64,000 nt of DNA, taken from contig JBEKDT010000015.1 in the NCBI GenBank assembly GCA_050014195.1, forward strand, positions 1 to 64,000. The letters run 5' to 3'. Position 1 is the stretch's first letter, and each line of letters begins with the position of its first letter. Under the pieces are notes generated by a model that saw only the letters and a list, made by a program, of their open reading frames with translations, did no database searches and had not been told where the DNA came from. The DNA is from Desulfomonilia bacterium. Its GTDB lineage: Bacteria; Desulfobacterota; Desulfomonilia; UBA1062. The translations under genes were made by a program, and so were the position numbers. Below, one piece after another: positions 27,811-37,638 of this stretch.

Positions 27811-28944
27811 ATGTACGATAATTCAGCAAATACTATGGATCCAGAGATGACCGTATCCACAAAAGGCATTTATGGGCACAGAACGGATGAAGATGCCCAT
27901 CATGCACCTCAGAAGCTCAATCTTCTGGACTGTGACAGGCAGGAACTCGAAGCACGATTCACGGACAGGCCTTACCGCGGCTCGCAGATATTCACGTGGG
28001 TTTTCGGCAAGGGTATCAGCGACATCTCGCAGATGACCAACCTGCCCAAAGAGCTGCGCCGGGAGATCGCGTCGTCCGCCGAGATAGCATACCCCAAGGT
28101 CGTGGGTAAGCAGGTATCCGAAGACGGAACGGAGAAGCTCGCCTATGAGCTTGCTGACGGCTGCATCATCGAGAGCGTGCTCATCCCCGAGAAAGACCAC
28201 TGGAGCGTGTGCGTCTCATCACAGGTGGGCTGCGCCATGGGGTGCAGTTTCTGCTTCACCGCCACCCTGGGGTTCACCCGGCACCTCACAAGTGGTGAGA
28301 TCGTCTCCCAGGTCCTCTACCCCACCCGTGCATACCCTGACCGCGAGATCAGGAACGTAGTCTTCATGGGCATGGGCGAGCCCCTGCTCAACTATGACAA
28401 CGTGATCAAGGCAGCGAATATCATCACCGACCCTGATGGGCCGCAGATATCCAAGAGACGCCTTACCATATCCACCTGCGGCATCGCACCTGCCCTGAAA
28501 AACCTCGCCCATGACACGGAGGCGGGTCTTGCCGTCTCCCTCAATGCACCTGACGACCGGACGCGTTCGCTCATCATGCCCGTAAATAAGAAATATCCCC
28601 TTGCAGAGATCCTCCAGGCACTGAGAGCCTACGAGCTGCCGAACCGGAGGCGCATCACCATAGAATATGTGCTCATCAAGGGCATCAATGACAGTGCCGG
28701 GCATGCACGCAGACTCATCAAGCTATTGCACGGGCTCAGGGCCAAGGTAAACCTCATACCCTTCAACCCCTGGCCCGGCTGTGGGCTTGAGGCACCGGAC
28801 GCAAAGAGTGTTGAGGCATTCGAAGAGAGCTTGAAGGACAGCCCCTATACCGTGATGCTCCGCAAAGAGAAGGGCAAAGATATCTTGGCTGCCTGCGGGC
28901 AGCTTGCAGGAGGAAGGCTCGATGGCTCCAGAGAATCTCATTGA
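27811..28944 (+). CDS. rlmN: 23S rRNA m2A2503 methyltransferase RlmN (start uncertain)
   Basis: CVSSQVGCAMGCSFC radical SAM motif, MGMGEP, AACGQL. Confidence 0.96.
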   Translation: MYDNSANTMDPEMTVSTKGIYGHRTDEDAHHAPQKLNLLDCDRQELEARFTDRPYRGSQIFTWVFGKGISDISQMTNLPKELRREIASSAEIAYPKVVGKQVSEDGTEKLAYELADGCIIESVLIPEKDHWSVCVSSQVGCAMGCSFCFTATLGFTRHLTSGEIVSQVLYPTRAYPDREIRNVVFMGMGEPLLNYDNVIKAANIITDPDGPQISKRRLTISTCGIAPALKNLAHDTEAGLAVSLNAPDDRTRSLIMPVNKKYPLAEILQALRAYELPNRRRITIEYVLIKGINDSAGHARRLIKLLHGLRAKVNLIPFNPWPGCGLEAPDAKSVEAFEESLKDSPYTVMLRKEKGKDILAACGQLAGGRLDGSRESH

Positions 28945-29935
28945 GTTCTTGCAGGACCCTGGTGCATATCCCGAGAAACCAGAGAAAATCTCACTGATTC
29001 AGACTCACATCTCCTGGGTTTTCATCGGAGATGAGAACGTATACAAGCTCAAGAAGCCGGTTGATTTCGGCTTTCTTGACTTCACCACCCTGGACAAGCG
29101 CAAGTTCTATACCGAGGAGGAACTACGCCTCAATAAGCGGTTTTCCCCGGATGTCTACCTGGCGGTGGTGCCCATATCAGGGGCCGGCAGCACATTTACT
29201 ATCGGGGATTCATCAAATATTGTGGAATATGCCCTCAAGATGCAACGCATCAGCGAAGATCACATGCTCTATCGGCTCCTCGCCCAGGGCAAGGCGGGTG
29301 AGGAAGAGCTCAGGCGCGTTGGTGCTCACCTGGCGCAGGTCTACGGCACCATCCCGAGCGACGAAAAGTCACGCCCCTTCGGCAGCCTTGAGGTCATCGC
29401 GCATAACATAGTCGAAAACTTCGACCAGACAGAGAAGTATATAGGCGGCCCCATAGCGCAGAAGGCCTATGATTCCATCAAGACCTGGAGCATGGACTTC
29501 CTGAAAAATAAGACTTCCGTGTTTCATGACAGGGTGGCGCAAGGCCGCATCAAGGAGTGCCACGGCGACCTGCATTTGCAGCACATCTGCGTGGATGGCC
29601 CTCATATCTCGGTCTTTGACTGCATCGAGTTCAACGAGCGCTTCCGGTATGGCGATGTTGCATCGGATGTGGCCTTCCTTTCCATGGACCTCGACTACAA
29701 CGGCTTTCCACGGCTCGGCAATGCCTTTGTAGAGGCATATATAAAAGAATCCAATGATAAAGGCCTCCGTGAAGTATTGAAGTTCTACAAGGTCTACCGG
29801 GCTTATGTGCGCGCCAAGGTCACCTCCTTCATGCTTGACGATGCCGGTCTGGATGCGGCAACAAAGGCTACGGCGCTTCATACTGCCAGGAAATATTATG
29901 ATCTTGCCCATGAGTACATAAGCCGTGAAGATTGA
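28922..29935 (+). CDS. Aminoglycoside phosphotransferase-like protein (N-terminal module of the usual APH-AAA fusion)
   Basis: QTHISWVF, KLKKPVDFGFLDF, ECHGDLH, FDCIEFN, YRAYVRAKV. Confidence 0.85.
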   Translation: MAPENLIEFLQDPGAYPEKPEKISLIQTHISWVFIGDENVYKLKKPVDFGFLDFTTLDKRKFYTEEELRLNKRFSPDVYLAVVPISGAGSTFTIGDSSNIVEYALKMQRISEDHMLYRLLAQGKAGEEELRRVGAHLAQVYGTIPSDEKSRPFGSLEVIAHNIVENFDQTEKYIGGPIAQKAYDSIKTWSMDFLKNKTSVFHDRVAQGRIKECHGDLHLQHICVDGPHISVFDCIEFNERFRYGDVASDVAFLSMDLDYNGFPRLGNAFVEAYIKESNDKGLREVLKFYKVYRAYVRAKVTSFMLDDAGLDAATKATALHTARKYYDLAHEYISRED

Positions 29936-30797
29936 CCTGCACATACACTCCAAGAACGGCTCCGACGGAAAGTGGCCCCTGGAGCAGATCTTCCCCGAGG
30001 CTAAAAGACGCGGCATCTCTCTGATTTCCATCACGGACCATGACTCGCTCCAAGGCCAGGAGGAGGCCCGTCGGCTCGCCAAGATCCATGGGATAAAGTA
30101 CCTCACAGGCGTGGAGCTGAACGTGACTTTTACCCATTCGCACTATACAAAGGGCAAGGCCGCCTCACTCGATTTTCTCGGGTATGCCTTTGACATCAGG
30201 AACAAGGCACTCATTGACAAGCTGCATGCCTTGCGCAGTTACCGCAGGCAGCGGGCCCAGAAAATTCTTGAGAACATCAATGAGGAATTTCTGAAGCAAG
30301 GCAGGACATTATTCACAACAAAGGACATGGATGCCATAGAGGCCGGTGTGGACGGCTCCTTCGGCAGGCCTCATATCGCCAACTATCTTATAGCAAAGGG
30401 GATCGTGGCCACCAAGCAGGAGGCATTCGACCGGTATCTTACCCGGTGCGATGTACCCAAGATGCCGTTGTCACTTCAGGAGGCTTCCGCCTTGATCAGA
30501 GGCGCCGGGGGAAAACTTGTGCTTGCCCACCCCAATGACCCCAACGGCACCTCATTGGCGGTTTTGGCCGGATCTCTCGAAGAACAGAAGGAAATGATCT
30601 TGGCTTCGATGCTTCCCCTCATCGACGGCATCGAGTGCTGGCATACCAGGCACGATATACAAACTGCTTCCTTCTACCTGGGATTCGTCCGCACCGAGGG
30701 CCTGCTGGCCACGGGCGGGTCCGACTGCCACCAGCAGCCCGTACTCATGGGTAGCGTACAGGTCGCGGATTGTGTTGCCGATCAGTTTGGCATATAA
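29925..30797 (+). CDS. PHP-domain phosphoesterase
   Basis: DLHIHS..SDG, TDHD, GRPH, LAHP, GGSDCH. Confidence 0.92.
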   Translation: MKIDLHIHSKNGSDGKWPLEQIFPEAKRRGISLISITDHDSLQGQEEARRLAKIHGIKYLTGVELNVTFTHSHYTKGKAASLDFLGYAFDIRNKALIDKLHALRSYRRQRAQKILENINEEFLKQGRTLFTTKDMDAIEAGVDGSFGRPHIANYLIAKGIVATKQEAFDRYLTRCDVPKMPLSLQEASALIRGAGGKLVLAHPNDPNGTSLAVLAGSLEEQKEMILASMLPLIDGIECWHTRHDIQTASFYLGFVRTEGLLATGGSDCHQQPVLMGSVQVADCVADQFGI

Positions 30798-30881
30798 GGA
30801 TTTTTGAGAAAGGCCCATCCACGAAGCTGCTTCTCTTAAGCAGGCCTTCCTCAAGTGAATTGATGTGAAGAGGTATATACG

Positions 30882-31484
30882 GTGAGAGAACCTTTGAAGA
30901 CATTTATCGATAAAGAGATCACAGATGAGATGGTGATCATTGCCTGCGGGCTGCCTGCTACGAACAAGACCGAGACTACGGAGGTGATAGCGCGGATTAA
31001 GGGTTACACCATGCTCAGGACCGATATCATCCGCAAGGAGGTCTTGAAGGATGAAGACATCTTCGATGAAAAGGTTGCCTCCGATATGGATAAGCGAAAG
31101 CTCGTCTATGATACCATGTTCGCAAAAGCGGAAGAATTTGCGTCTCTTGGCAAGGGTGTGATCCTGGATGCCACCTTTATCACCCAGTCACTTCGCAAGC
31201 GGGCGGCAGAGGTTGCAGCCAAACATGGGAGGACTCTGCTCATCGAGCAGACATCCTGCTCGCAGAAATATTCACTGGACAAAATCTCACGAAGGACAAA
31301 AGATAACTATGAGTCCAATGCCTTGACCCCGGAAGCCTACTTAAACAACAAGAAGAAGTTTGAGCTTGTTGACCTGGATGACCTGAAGAGGGCATTCCCC
31401 GGCCTCACAATCATTCATCTGTTGGTGGAAACGGAATCCGACTCTGAAGACGGATGGTACGTCATCGCCAAGACCGTACGTTGA
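30882..31484 (+). CDS. AAA_33-like P-loop kinase
   Basis: CGLPATNKT (atypical Walker A), RTD..RK, GVILDATF. Confidence 0.78.
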   Translation: MREPLKTFIDKEITDEMVIIACGLPATNKTETTEVIARIKGYTMLRTDIIRKEVLKDEDIFDEKVASDMDKRKLVYDTMFAKAEEFASLGKGVILDATFITQSLRKRAAEVAAKHGRTLLIEQTSCSQKYSLDKISRRTKDNYESNALTPEAYLNNKKKFELVDLDDLKRAFPGLTIIHLLVETESDSEDGWYVIAKTVR

Positions 31485-31557
31485 ACAAGGCCCCTGCGGT
31501 TTGATAAACCGCAGCATGGGCAGCCCGAACAAAGAGATCATACAAGGGATGGTATCC

Positions 31558-32328
31558 ATGATGAAAAAAATTATTGTCTGTATCATGATTGCCCTTCTGG
31601 CATCCGGGTGCGCATCACACTTCAAGGAGCAGCGTAAAATTTCCAGACCTCTGGTGGCACTCGGTATGGACAAGATCAATCAGAACGACATCCAGGGGGC
31701 CTTCATTGAGCTGCGTAAGGCTCTGAATGCAAACCCTACCGACCCTGAGGTCTACTACGGCTATGCCGTGGCCTACTGGAAGTCGGGTGCATTCGACAAG
31801 GCATTACAGAACGTGGACAAGACCATAGAATATAGCGACAAGCTGGAACTGGAGCACCCGGGCATCAAGGGTGAGGCATATAACCTCAAAGGCACTATCT
31901 ATGCCGGCCAAAAGAAATTCGACGAGGCCGTTTCAAACTTTAAAAAGGCCCTGTCAGACGAACTCTATCAGACACCTGAATACTCTTTGTACAACCTTGC
32001 TACGATATACCTGGAAAAGAAAGACATAGCGCTGGCCCTCGAGACCGACCAGAAGACACTTGAACGTAATTCCCATTATGCCCCGGCATGGCATCTTCTG
32101 TCCAAGATCTATGTAGCACAAGGCAAACCGAATGATGCCATCAACGCCCTTAGGCATGCAATCCTCGAGTACCCCGGTTATGCCGAGGCCCACTACGACC
32201 TTGCCCAGCTCTACCTCCAGATGGGTGCAACTGAAAAGGCAAAGGATGAGTTCGTGAAAGTGGTCGAGCTCGACCAGGGCGGCCCGTATGCAACCATGGC
32301 GGTGGATAAGTTGAAAGAGTTGAAATAG
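31558..32328 (+). CDS. TPR lipoprotein, PilF/PilW-like
   Basis: Lipobox LASGC, multiple TPRs, LY.TPE motif; downstream of rlmN as in the conserved cluster. Confidence 0.78.
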   Translation: MMKKIIVCIMIALLASGCASHFKEQRKISRPLVALGMDKINQNDIQGAFIELRKALNANPTDPEVYYGYAVAYWKSGAFDKALQNVDKTIEYSDKLELEHPGIKGEAYNLKGTIYAGQKKFDEAVSNFKKALSDELYQTPEYSLYNLATIYLEKKDIALALETDQKTLERNSHYAPAWHLLSKIYVAQGKPNDAINALRHAILEYPGYAEAHYDLAQLYLQMGATEKAKDEFVKVVELDQGGPYATMAVDKLKELK

Positions 32329-32372
32329 TAAGTGACTAGAGTGAGAGGTTGGTAGGGGCGGACTCCAAGCCG

Positions 32373-34235
32373 CTACAAATTACCCTTACCATCCTTGCGC
32401 ATCTTTACAGCCAACTGTACTGCCTGCAGCCCGGCCGGTGTCATGCCCTCGATGCGTTCGGCCTGGCCTAGTGTGGCCGGCCTGATCTCTTCAAGCCTGC
32501 ATTTGAGCTCATTGGAGAGACCCTGGATGCCTGCAAAGTTGAGACCTACTGGAATCTTCATGCGCTCAAGCTCTTTGAGCTTCACGATCTCTTTAAGCTG
32601 CCTATCGATGTATCCCTCGTACTTTATCTCCACCTCGGTCTCCACTTCAGCAAGGGATGAGACAGGGGGAATCAGTGCATGGTGTTTGAAATCACCTAAA
32701 GTGACCTCGGGTCTCTTAAGCAGCCGCTCCAGGGTAATGCGCTCCTGGTCGTTACCGCGTGTGGGGGCAAACTCGGGCATGTCATGAGGGATGATGACGA
32801 AAGTCTTCTGCAGATGACCATGTAAGGCAGCGATCTCGTCCTTAATGTCGCAGACCCTTTCAAAGCGTTTCCTATCGATGAGCCCGAGCCTTAAGGCCTC
32901 TTCGCTCAGCCTGAATACGGCATTGGTCTCCCTGAGCATGAGCCGGTATTCGGCCCGGGAGGTGAACATGCGGTAGGGCTCGGTCGTGCCCCTGGTGACC
33001 AGGTCGTCTATCATGACGGCTATGTAGGCCTCAGACCTGTCCAGGATGAAAGGCTCCTCTCTCTTGATGCCAAGGGCGGCATTGATCCCTGCCATGATGC
33101 CCTGACCTGCGGCCTCCTCATAGCCGGATGTGCCGTTTACCTGGCCTGCCAGGTACAGGCCCTGCACGAGTTTGGTCTCTAAGGTCCGCAGGAGCTGGGT
33201 GGGCTTAACATATTCGTACTCTATGGCATATGCAGGCCTGATGATCTCCGCCTTCTCCAGACCCGGCACGGAGCGTACGATCTTGAACTGGAGCTCCACA
33301 GGCAGGCTGTTGCCCAGACCTGAGGCGTAGACCTCTTTGGTGTTGATGCCCTCGGGCTCGATAATGACCTGGTGCCCCTCCCTCTCACCGAACCGCATGA
33401 CCTTGTCCTCCAAGGACGGACAATATCTGGCAGGTGTCCCGGTGATGGCACCCGAGTACAGCGGGCTCAAAGAGATGTTGTTCCGGATAATCTCATGGGT
33501 CAGGGATGTGGTCCTGGTAAGATAGCATGAAACCTGGGGAAGACGCCCCCTCGATGAGGTAAAGCCGAAGGCCATACAGCCCGCCTCCGGGTCCTGTTTT
33601 TGGAGGGAGGAGAGGTCAATCGTATCCCGGTGTAGCCTGGGTGGAGTGCCGGTCTTGAGCCTTCCCAGGGAGAATCCCAAGGTCTTGAGAGACTCCGAGA
33701 GCTCATAGGATCCTTCCTCGCCTGCCCTGCCGGCAGGTATGCGTATCTGACCGATGTGTATGAGCCCCGAGAGGAATGTGCCGGTAGTGATGATCACGGC
33801 CTTGGCACCATAGACCATGCCGGTGCGGTCCCTGACCCCCGTGACGCGGCCATTTTTAACTTCAACAGCATCAATGCGCGCCTGGCGGATATGGATACCC
33901 GAGTCCTCCACCCTCGCCTTGACCGCGGCCTCGTACATCCTTCGATCATTCTGGGTTCTGGTGGCCCTCACGGCAGGGCCCTTCTTGGTGTTGAGAACGC
34001 GGTACTGGATGGCCGTTTCATCCGCCACTTCACCCATGATGCCGCCCAACGCGTCGACCTCCTTGACCAGGTGGCTCTTGGCAAGCCCGCCGATGGAAGG
34101 GCTGCAAGGCATCCTGCCCACGGTGTCCATGTTGAGGGTGAACAGGGCGACATTCAGTCCGAGTCTATGCGCGGCCAGGGCCGCCTCCACTCCTGCATGT
34201 CCGCCGCCCACTACGATGATGTCGAAGTCTTCCAT
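32373..34235 (-). CDS. mnmG: tRNA uridine-5-carboxymethylaminomethyl modification enzyme MnmG/GidA
   Basis: GGGHAG.EAA, LKTGTPPR, RYCPSLEDK, AGQVNGTSGYEEAA, EPYRMFTSRAEYRL. Confidence 0.98.
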   Translation of the reverse strand: MEDFDIIVVGGGHAGVEAALAAHRLGLNVALFTLNMDTVGRMPCSPSIGGLAKSHLVKEVDALGGIMGEVADETAIQYRVLNTKKGPAVRATRTQNDRRMYEAAVKARVEDSGIHIRQARIDAVEVKNGRVTGVRDRTGMVYGAKAVIITTGTFLSGLIHIGQIRIPAGRAGEEGSYELSESLKTLGFSLGRLKTGTPPRLHRDTIDLSSLQKQDPEAGCMAFGFTSSRGRLPQVSCYLTRTTSLTHEIIRNNISLSPLYSGAITGTPARYCPSLEDKVMRFGEREGHQVIIEPEGINTKEVYASGLGNSLPVELQFKIVRSVPGLEKAEIIRPAYAIEYEYVKPTQLLRTLETKLVQGLYLAGQVNGTSGYEEAAGQGIMAGINAALGIKREEPFILDRSEAYIAVMIDDLVTRGTTEPYRMFTSRAEYRLMLRETNAVFRLSEEALRLGLIDRKRFERVCDIKDEIAALHGHLQKTFVIIPHDMPEFAPTRGNDQERITLERLLKRPEVTLGDFKHHALIPPVSSLAEVETEVEIKYEGYIDRQLKEIVKLKELERMKIPVGLNFAGIQGLSNELKCRLEEIRPATLGQAERIEGMTPAGLQAVQLAVKMRKDGKGNL

Positions 34236-34320
34236 CCCAAGACACCTCTAGGTCAAACGACGCCTCATTTCAACATGAAAGGATGGAGAAGATTACCCCT
34301 ACGGGTTCATTGCACGGGTT

Positions 34321-34374
34321 GTCGCGGCTAAAGCCGCTCCTACAGGCAGTCACTATTCACTAGTCACTATTCCC
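34321..34374. repeat. GTAG-type REP followed by a 7-bp tandem array
   Basis: gtcgcggctaaagccgctcctaca then gtcacta ttcacta gtcacta ttccct; same juxtaposition as 25507-25600. Confidence 0.72.
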
Positions 34375-34379
34375 TCATG

Positions 34380-35030
34380 TTACAGCCGCCCTTTCAGCGG
34401 GCAAGCATCGCAACGGGGCTGCCTGGTCCTGCAGTAGTCCTTGCCGATGAATACCATGTGGGCATGGAGGTCTTTGTATACGTCCAGCTTCCGGGGCAAA
34501 CCCGCCTCGAAGATGGCCCGGATCTCATCATAATCGGCATGCTCATCGACGATGTGGTGCCTGACGAGCATGCGCTTCGTGTAGGCATCCACTACGAAGA
34601 TACACTTGCCCGCGGCATAGCAGCAAATGCTGTCGGCGGTCTCCTTGCCGATGCCGCTCACTTCCAGCAGTTCCGCACGTAACACATCCGGTCCCAGAGA
34701 AAACAGCCTGTCCAGGTCCCCGGCATGGAAGGCCATAATCATGCGAACAAGGTTCTTGAGGCGAGAGGTCTTGACATTGTAGTATCCTGAAGGCTTCAGA
34801 AGCGAGGCCAGGTATGGCTCATCGGCACTATGAACAGCGGACATGTCCATGAGGCCGGCTGCCTTGAGGTTAATAATGGCCTTTTCAACATTGGTCCAGG
34901 CAGTATTCTGCGTGAGAACCGCGCCGACCATCACCTCGAAGGGGGTCTCTCCGGGCCACCATCCTGATGGGCCGTAATGATCGAACAGGATGCGGTACAG
35001 ACGGGAGGGGTTAAAACCGGATCGGCTCAA
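34380..35030 (-). CDS. Endonuclease III-like HhH-GPD protein
   Basis: WWPGETPFEV, GAVLTQNT, GIGKETAD, C-x6-C-x2-C Fe-S motif. Confidence 0.9.
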   Translation of the reverse strand: MSRSGFNPSRLYRILFDHYGPSGWWPGETPFEVMVGAVLTQNTAWTNVEKAIINLKAAGLMDMSAVHSADEPYLASLLKPSGYYNVKTSRLKNLVRMIMAFHAGDLDRLFSLGPDVLRAELLEVSGIGKETADSICCYAAGKCIFVVDAYTKRMLVRHHIVDEHADYDEIRAIFEAGLPRKLDVYKDLHAHMVFIGKDYCRTRQPRCDACPLKGRL

Positions 35031-35035
35031 CGCTC

Positions 35036-35812
35036 TTAGTTTTCTCCATGCCCTTTGTGCTTGATGACGTCCTTCATCTTATCGCGGATGTCCCCGCGGA
35101 TGTTGAAGAGCATGGCGGTCATCTCCAACTCATATTCGAGCGCCGCCTTGGCATCGAGCCTGCTTACTACATCCAGGCTCCTCTTGACGGCCTTGACCAC
35201 TTCCGGCGATCTGCTCACAAGCTCTTGGGCGCAGGTCAGGACCTCTTCCCTGAAGCGCTCCGGCTCCACCACCCTGTTTACAAGACCTATTGCATGGGCC
35301 TCCTGTGCACCGATGGGATCACCTGTCAAGGCCAGATCCTTGGCCCTGGCAATACCTATGCGGGAGACCAGCGGGGTGAGCAGAGGATTGAATCCGTACT
35401 TGATCTCAGGGTGTGCGAAGATGGCGCTTTCGGATGCAATGATCATGTCTCCCATGAGCGCGAGGTTGAACCCGCCCCCAAAGGCGATGCCGCTGACAGC
35501 GGTGATGAGGATCTTGTCCTGGTCGAGCAGCAAGGAGTATACCTCTACGGCAAGCCTGAAATAATTCGCTGCCTGTTCGGTAGTAAAATGAGGCGCCTCC
35601 TTCAGGTCTATGCCTGCCGAGAAACACTCAATCCCCCCGGACAAGACGATGACCCTGATCTCGGAAGATTCATGGAGGAATTGGGAGAACACCTGATGGA
35701 TCTCCTTCATCATCCCATAAGAGAGCGCATTGAGGTCGCGCTTGCGGTCCATCTCGATAAAGGCGATCCTATCTCTTACATCTGCCTTGATGAACTGGTA
35801 CTCCATGGGCAT
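35036..35812 (-). CDS. Enoyl-CoA hydratase/isomerase family protein
   Basis: FSAGIDL, AFGGG, HPEIKYG, IGLVNRVV. Confidence 0.92.
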   Translation of the reverse strand: MPMEYQFIKADVRDRIAFIEMDRKRDLNALSYGMMKEIHQVFSQFLHESSEIRVIVLSGGIECFSAGIDLKEAPHFTTEQAANYFRLAVEVYSLLLDQDKILITAVSGIAFGGGFNLALMGDMIIASESAIFAHPEIKYGFNPLLTPLVSRIGIARAKDLALTGDPIGAQEAHAIGLVNRVVEPERFREEVLTCAQELVSRSPEVVKAVKRSLDVVSRLDAKAALEYELEMTAMLFNIRGDIRDKMKDVIKHKGHGEN

Positions 35813-35924
35813 CTCCTCTTTTGTTCTCTACGTCATGTACCCTTGGTGAAAATGCATGTCAATAACAGGATAACGGCGAGTTGATTGTAGTATGGTTACT
35901 TGATCTGCCATAGTCCTTTCTGCT

Positions 35925-37385
35925 ATGGCCTATGATGTGACCTGCCTTCGAGTCAGTGAGTTGAACGAACGCGCCCGGGAGGCCTTGAGTTCTTGCTTGG
36001 GGCCCGATGTATGGGTAGTTGGGGAGATCCACGGGTTAAAGGTCCATGCAAAATCCGGCCATATCTACTTCGACCTCGTAGAGAAGGCCGCTGCCGCGAC
36101 AGAGCAGTATATTGCAAAAGTGAGCTGCGCCTTTTTCAGAGGCTCATATGCGGCCTGGCAACGCTCGCTCACCGTGATTGGGCTGAAAGACTTCGAACTC
36201 GCAAGCGGCATAGAGATAAAACTTAAGGCCCGGGTGGATCTCTTTGTCAAAGAAGGTCGCTACCAGCTCATTGTCCTTGAGATCGACCCGAGTTATACCT
36301 TTGGCGCCATTGCACGGAAAAGGGCACAGACCATAGAGACCCTTCGTGCGGAGGGCCTCATGGAGAGGAATAAGGCCCTGGAACTACCTGCAATCCCCCT
36401 GAATATCGGACTCATCACCTCTTACGGTTCTGCCGCCTTTCAGGACTTCACAAGCATTATCTTAAAGAGCGGATATGCATTCCGTATCACGCTTTTTGAT
36501 GCGCACATGCAGGGCGAAAACACGGTGCGTGAGGTCACCCGGGGCATAAAGACCCTTGAAAAAGTTTCGGGTGTGGACACGATAGTCATTATCAGAGGCG
36601 GAGGCGCCAAGACGGATCTTTTCGTATTCGACGACATCACTATTTGTCGCGCAATCGCTACAAGCCACAAACCGGTTATCACGGGCATCGGCCACGAGAT
36701 CGATTTGTCGGTGGCGGATATGGCGGCGCACAAGTATTTCGTCACTCCTACCGACACTGCACGATTCTTTGTCTCACATATAGATGCCATATGGGACTTT
36801 CTGGAAGATGCCTCTGCCGGAGTGGCCCTTGCTGCGCGCAAAGTACTTGACACATCCTCGCAGGGCACAAGCATGATTGCAGCACGACTCGCCCTGGTTA
36901 TCCAGAGATTTTCCTCAAAGGCCCGTTCCTCCTTGGAGGCTACTGCATCCTCATTGCTGAGGAGGGGCTTAAACCATATCGCCTTGAATGACAGGCGCCT
37001 CTTGAAGGTCCTCTCCGCATTCACCCATCAGGCGGCATCGTGTATCCATGACCAGGCATCGACCTTTGACCACGCCATACTCACCATGAAATTGCATTCA
37101 ACTTCTCTCCTCAAACACATGGGCTATAACCTGGAGCACCATCATGCCTCCATGCTTAAAGAAATTTCTCAAGGCATTGCTGAAAGCCTGACAGCCCTGG
37201 TCCGCTATGAGAAGGACCTTGATCATATGAGACCGGAGGTAACCCTCCAGAGAGGATACAGCATCACTTTAGGCAGAGACGGTAAGGCACTCCGTGACGC
37301 GAATGATGCACCCATAAACGAGAGGATCGTGAGCGTGCTCATGAAAGGAAAGGTCCACTCTGTAGTATACGACAAGGAGCCGTGA
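35925..37385 (+). CDS. xseA: Exodeoxyribonuclease VII large subunit
   Basis: VWVVGEI, SGHIYF, IRGGG, TGIGHEID, TPT, L.RGYS. Confidence 0.93.
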   Translation: MAYDVTCLRVSELNERAREALSSCLGPDVWVVGEIHGLKVHAKSGHIYFDLVEKAAAATEQYIAKVSCAFFRGSYAAWQRSLTVIGLKDFELASGIEIKLKARVDLFVKEGRYQLIVLEIDPSYTFGAIARKRAQTIETLRAEGLMERNKALELPAIPLNIGLITSYGSAAFQDFTSIILKSGYAFRITLFDAHMQGENTVREVTRGIKTLEKVSGVDTIVIIRGGGAKTDLFVFDDITICRAIATSHKPVITGIGHEIDLSVADMAAHKYFVTPTDTARFFVSHIDAIWDFLEDASAGVALAARKVLDTSSQGTSMIAARLALVIQRFSSKARSSLEATASSLLRRGLNHIALNDRRLLKVLSAFTHQAASCIHDQASTFDHAILTMKLHSTSLLKHMGYNLEHHHASMLKEISQGIAESLTALVRYEKDLDHMRPEVTLQRGYSITLGRDGKALRDANDAPINERIVSVLMKGKVHSVVYDKEP

Positions 37386-37615
37386 TAAAGATGAAAAAAG
37401 CCAAGGGATATTCAGACGTATTGCGCGAACTTGAGGATATGCTGGAGCGGATGAACAGGGGTGAGATCCCCATCGACGAGCTTGAGGAGGCTGTCAAGTC
37501 AGCTGCACAGAAGATCCGCTACCTGCGTGACAAGCTTAAGGCCACCGAGGCAGAGATCATAAAGGTCTTAAGCGAGATTGAGAGTGGGTCTTCCGGCGGG
37601 AATGAGGAACAGTAG
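37382..37615 (+). CDS. xseB: Exodeoxyribonuclease VII small subunit
   Basis: Y...LRELE..LE.M..GEIPIDEL pattern; GTGA overlap with xseA. Confidence 0.88.
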   Translation: MIKMKKAKGYSDVLRELEDMLERMNRGEIPIDELEEAVKSAAQKIRYLRDKLKATEAEIIKVLSEIESGSSGGNEEQ

Positions 37616-37638
37616 TACGCCTCATTTTTCACTGATCA

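Noticed and set aside
27705-27811. tRNA-Arg as an island integration site
   Set aside because: No integrase nearby and I saw no duplicated tRNA 3' end; followed by housekeeping rlmN.
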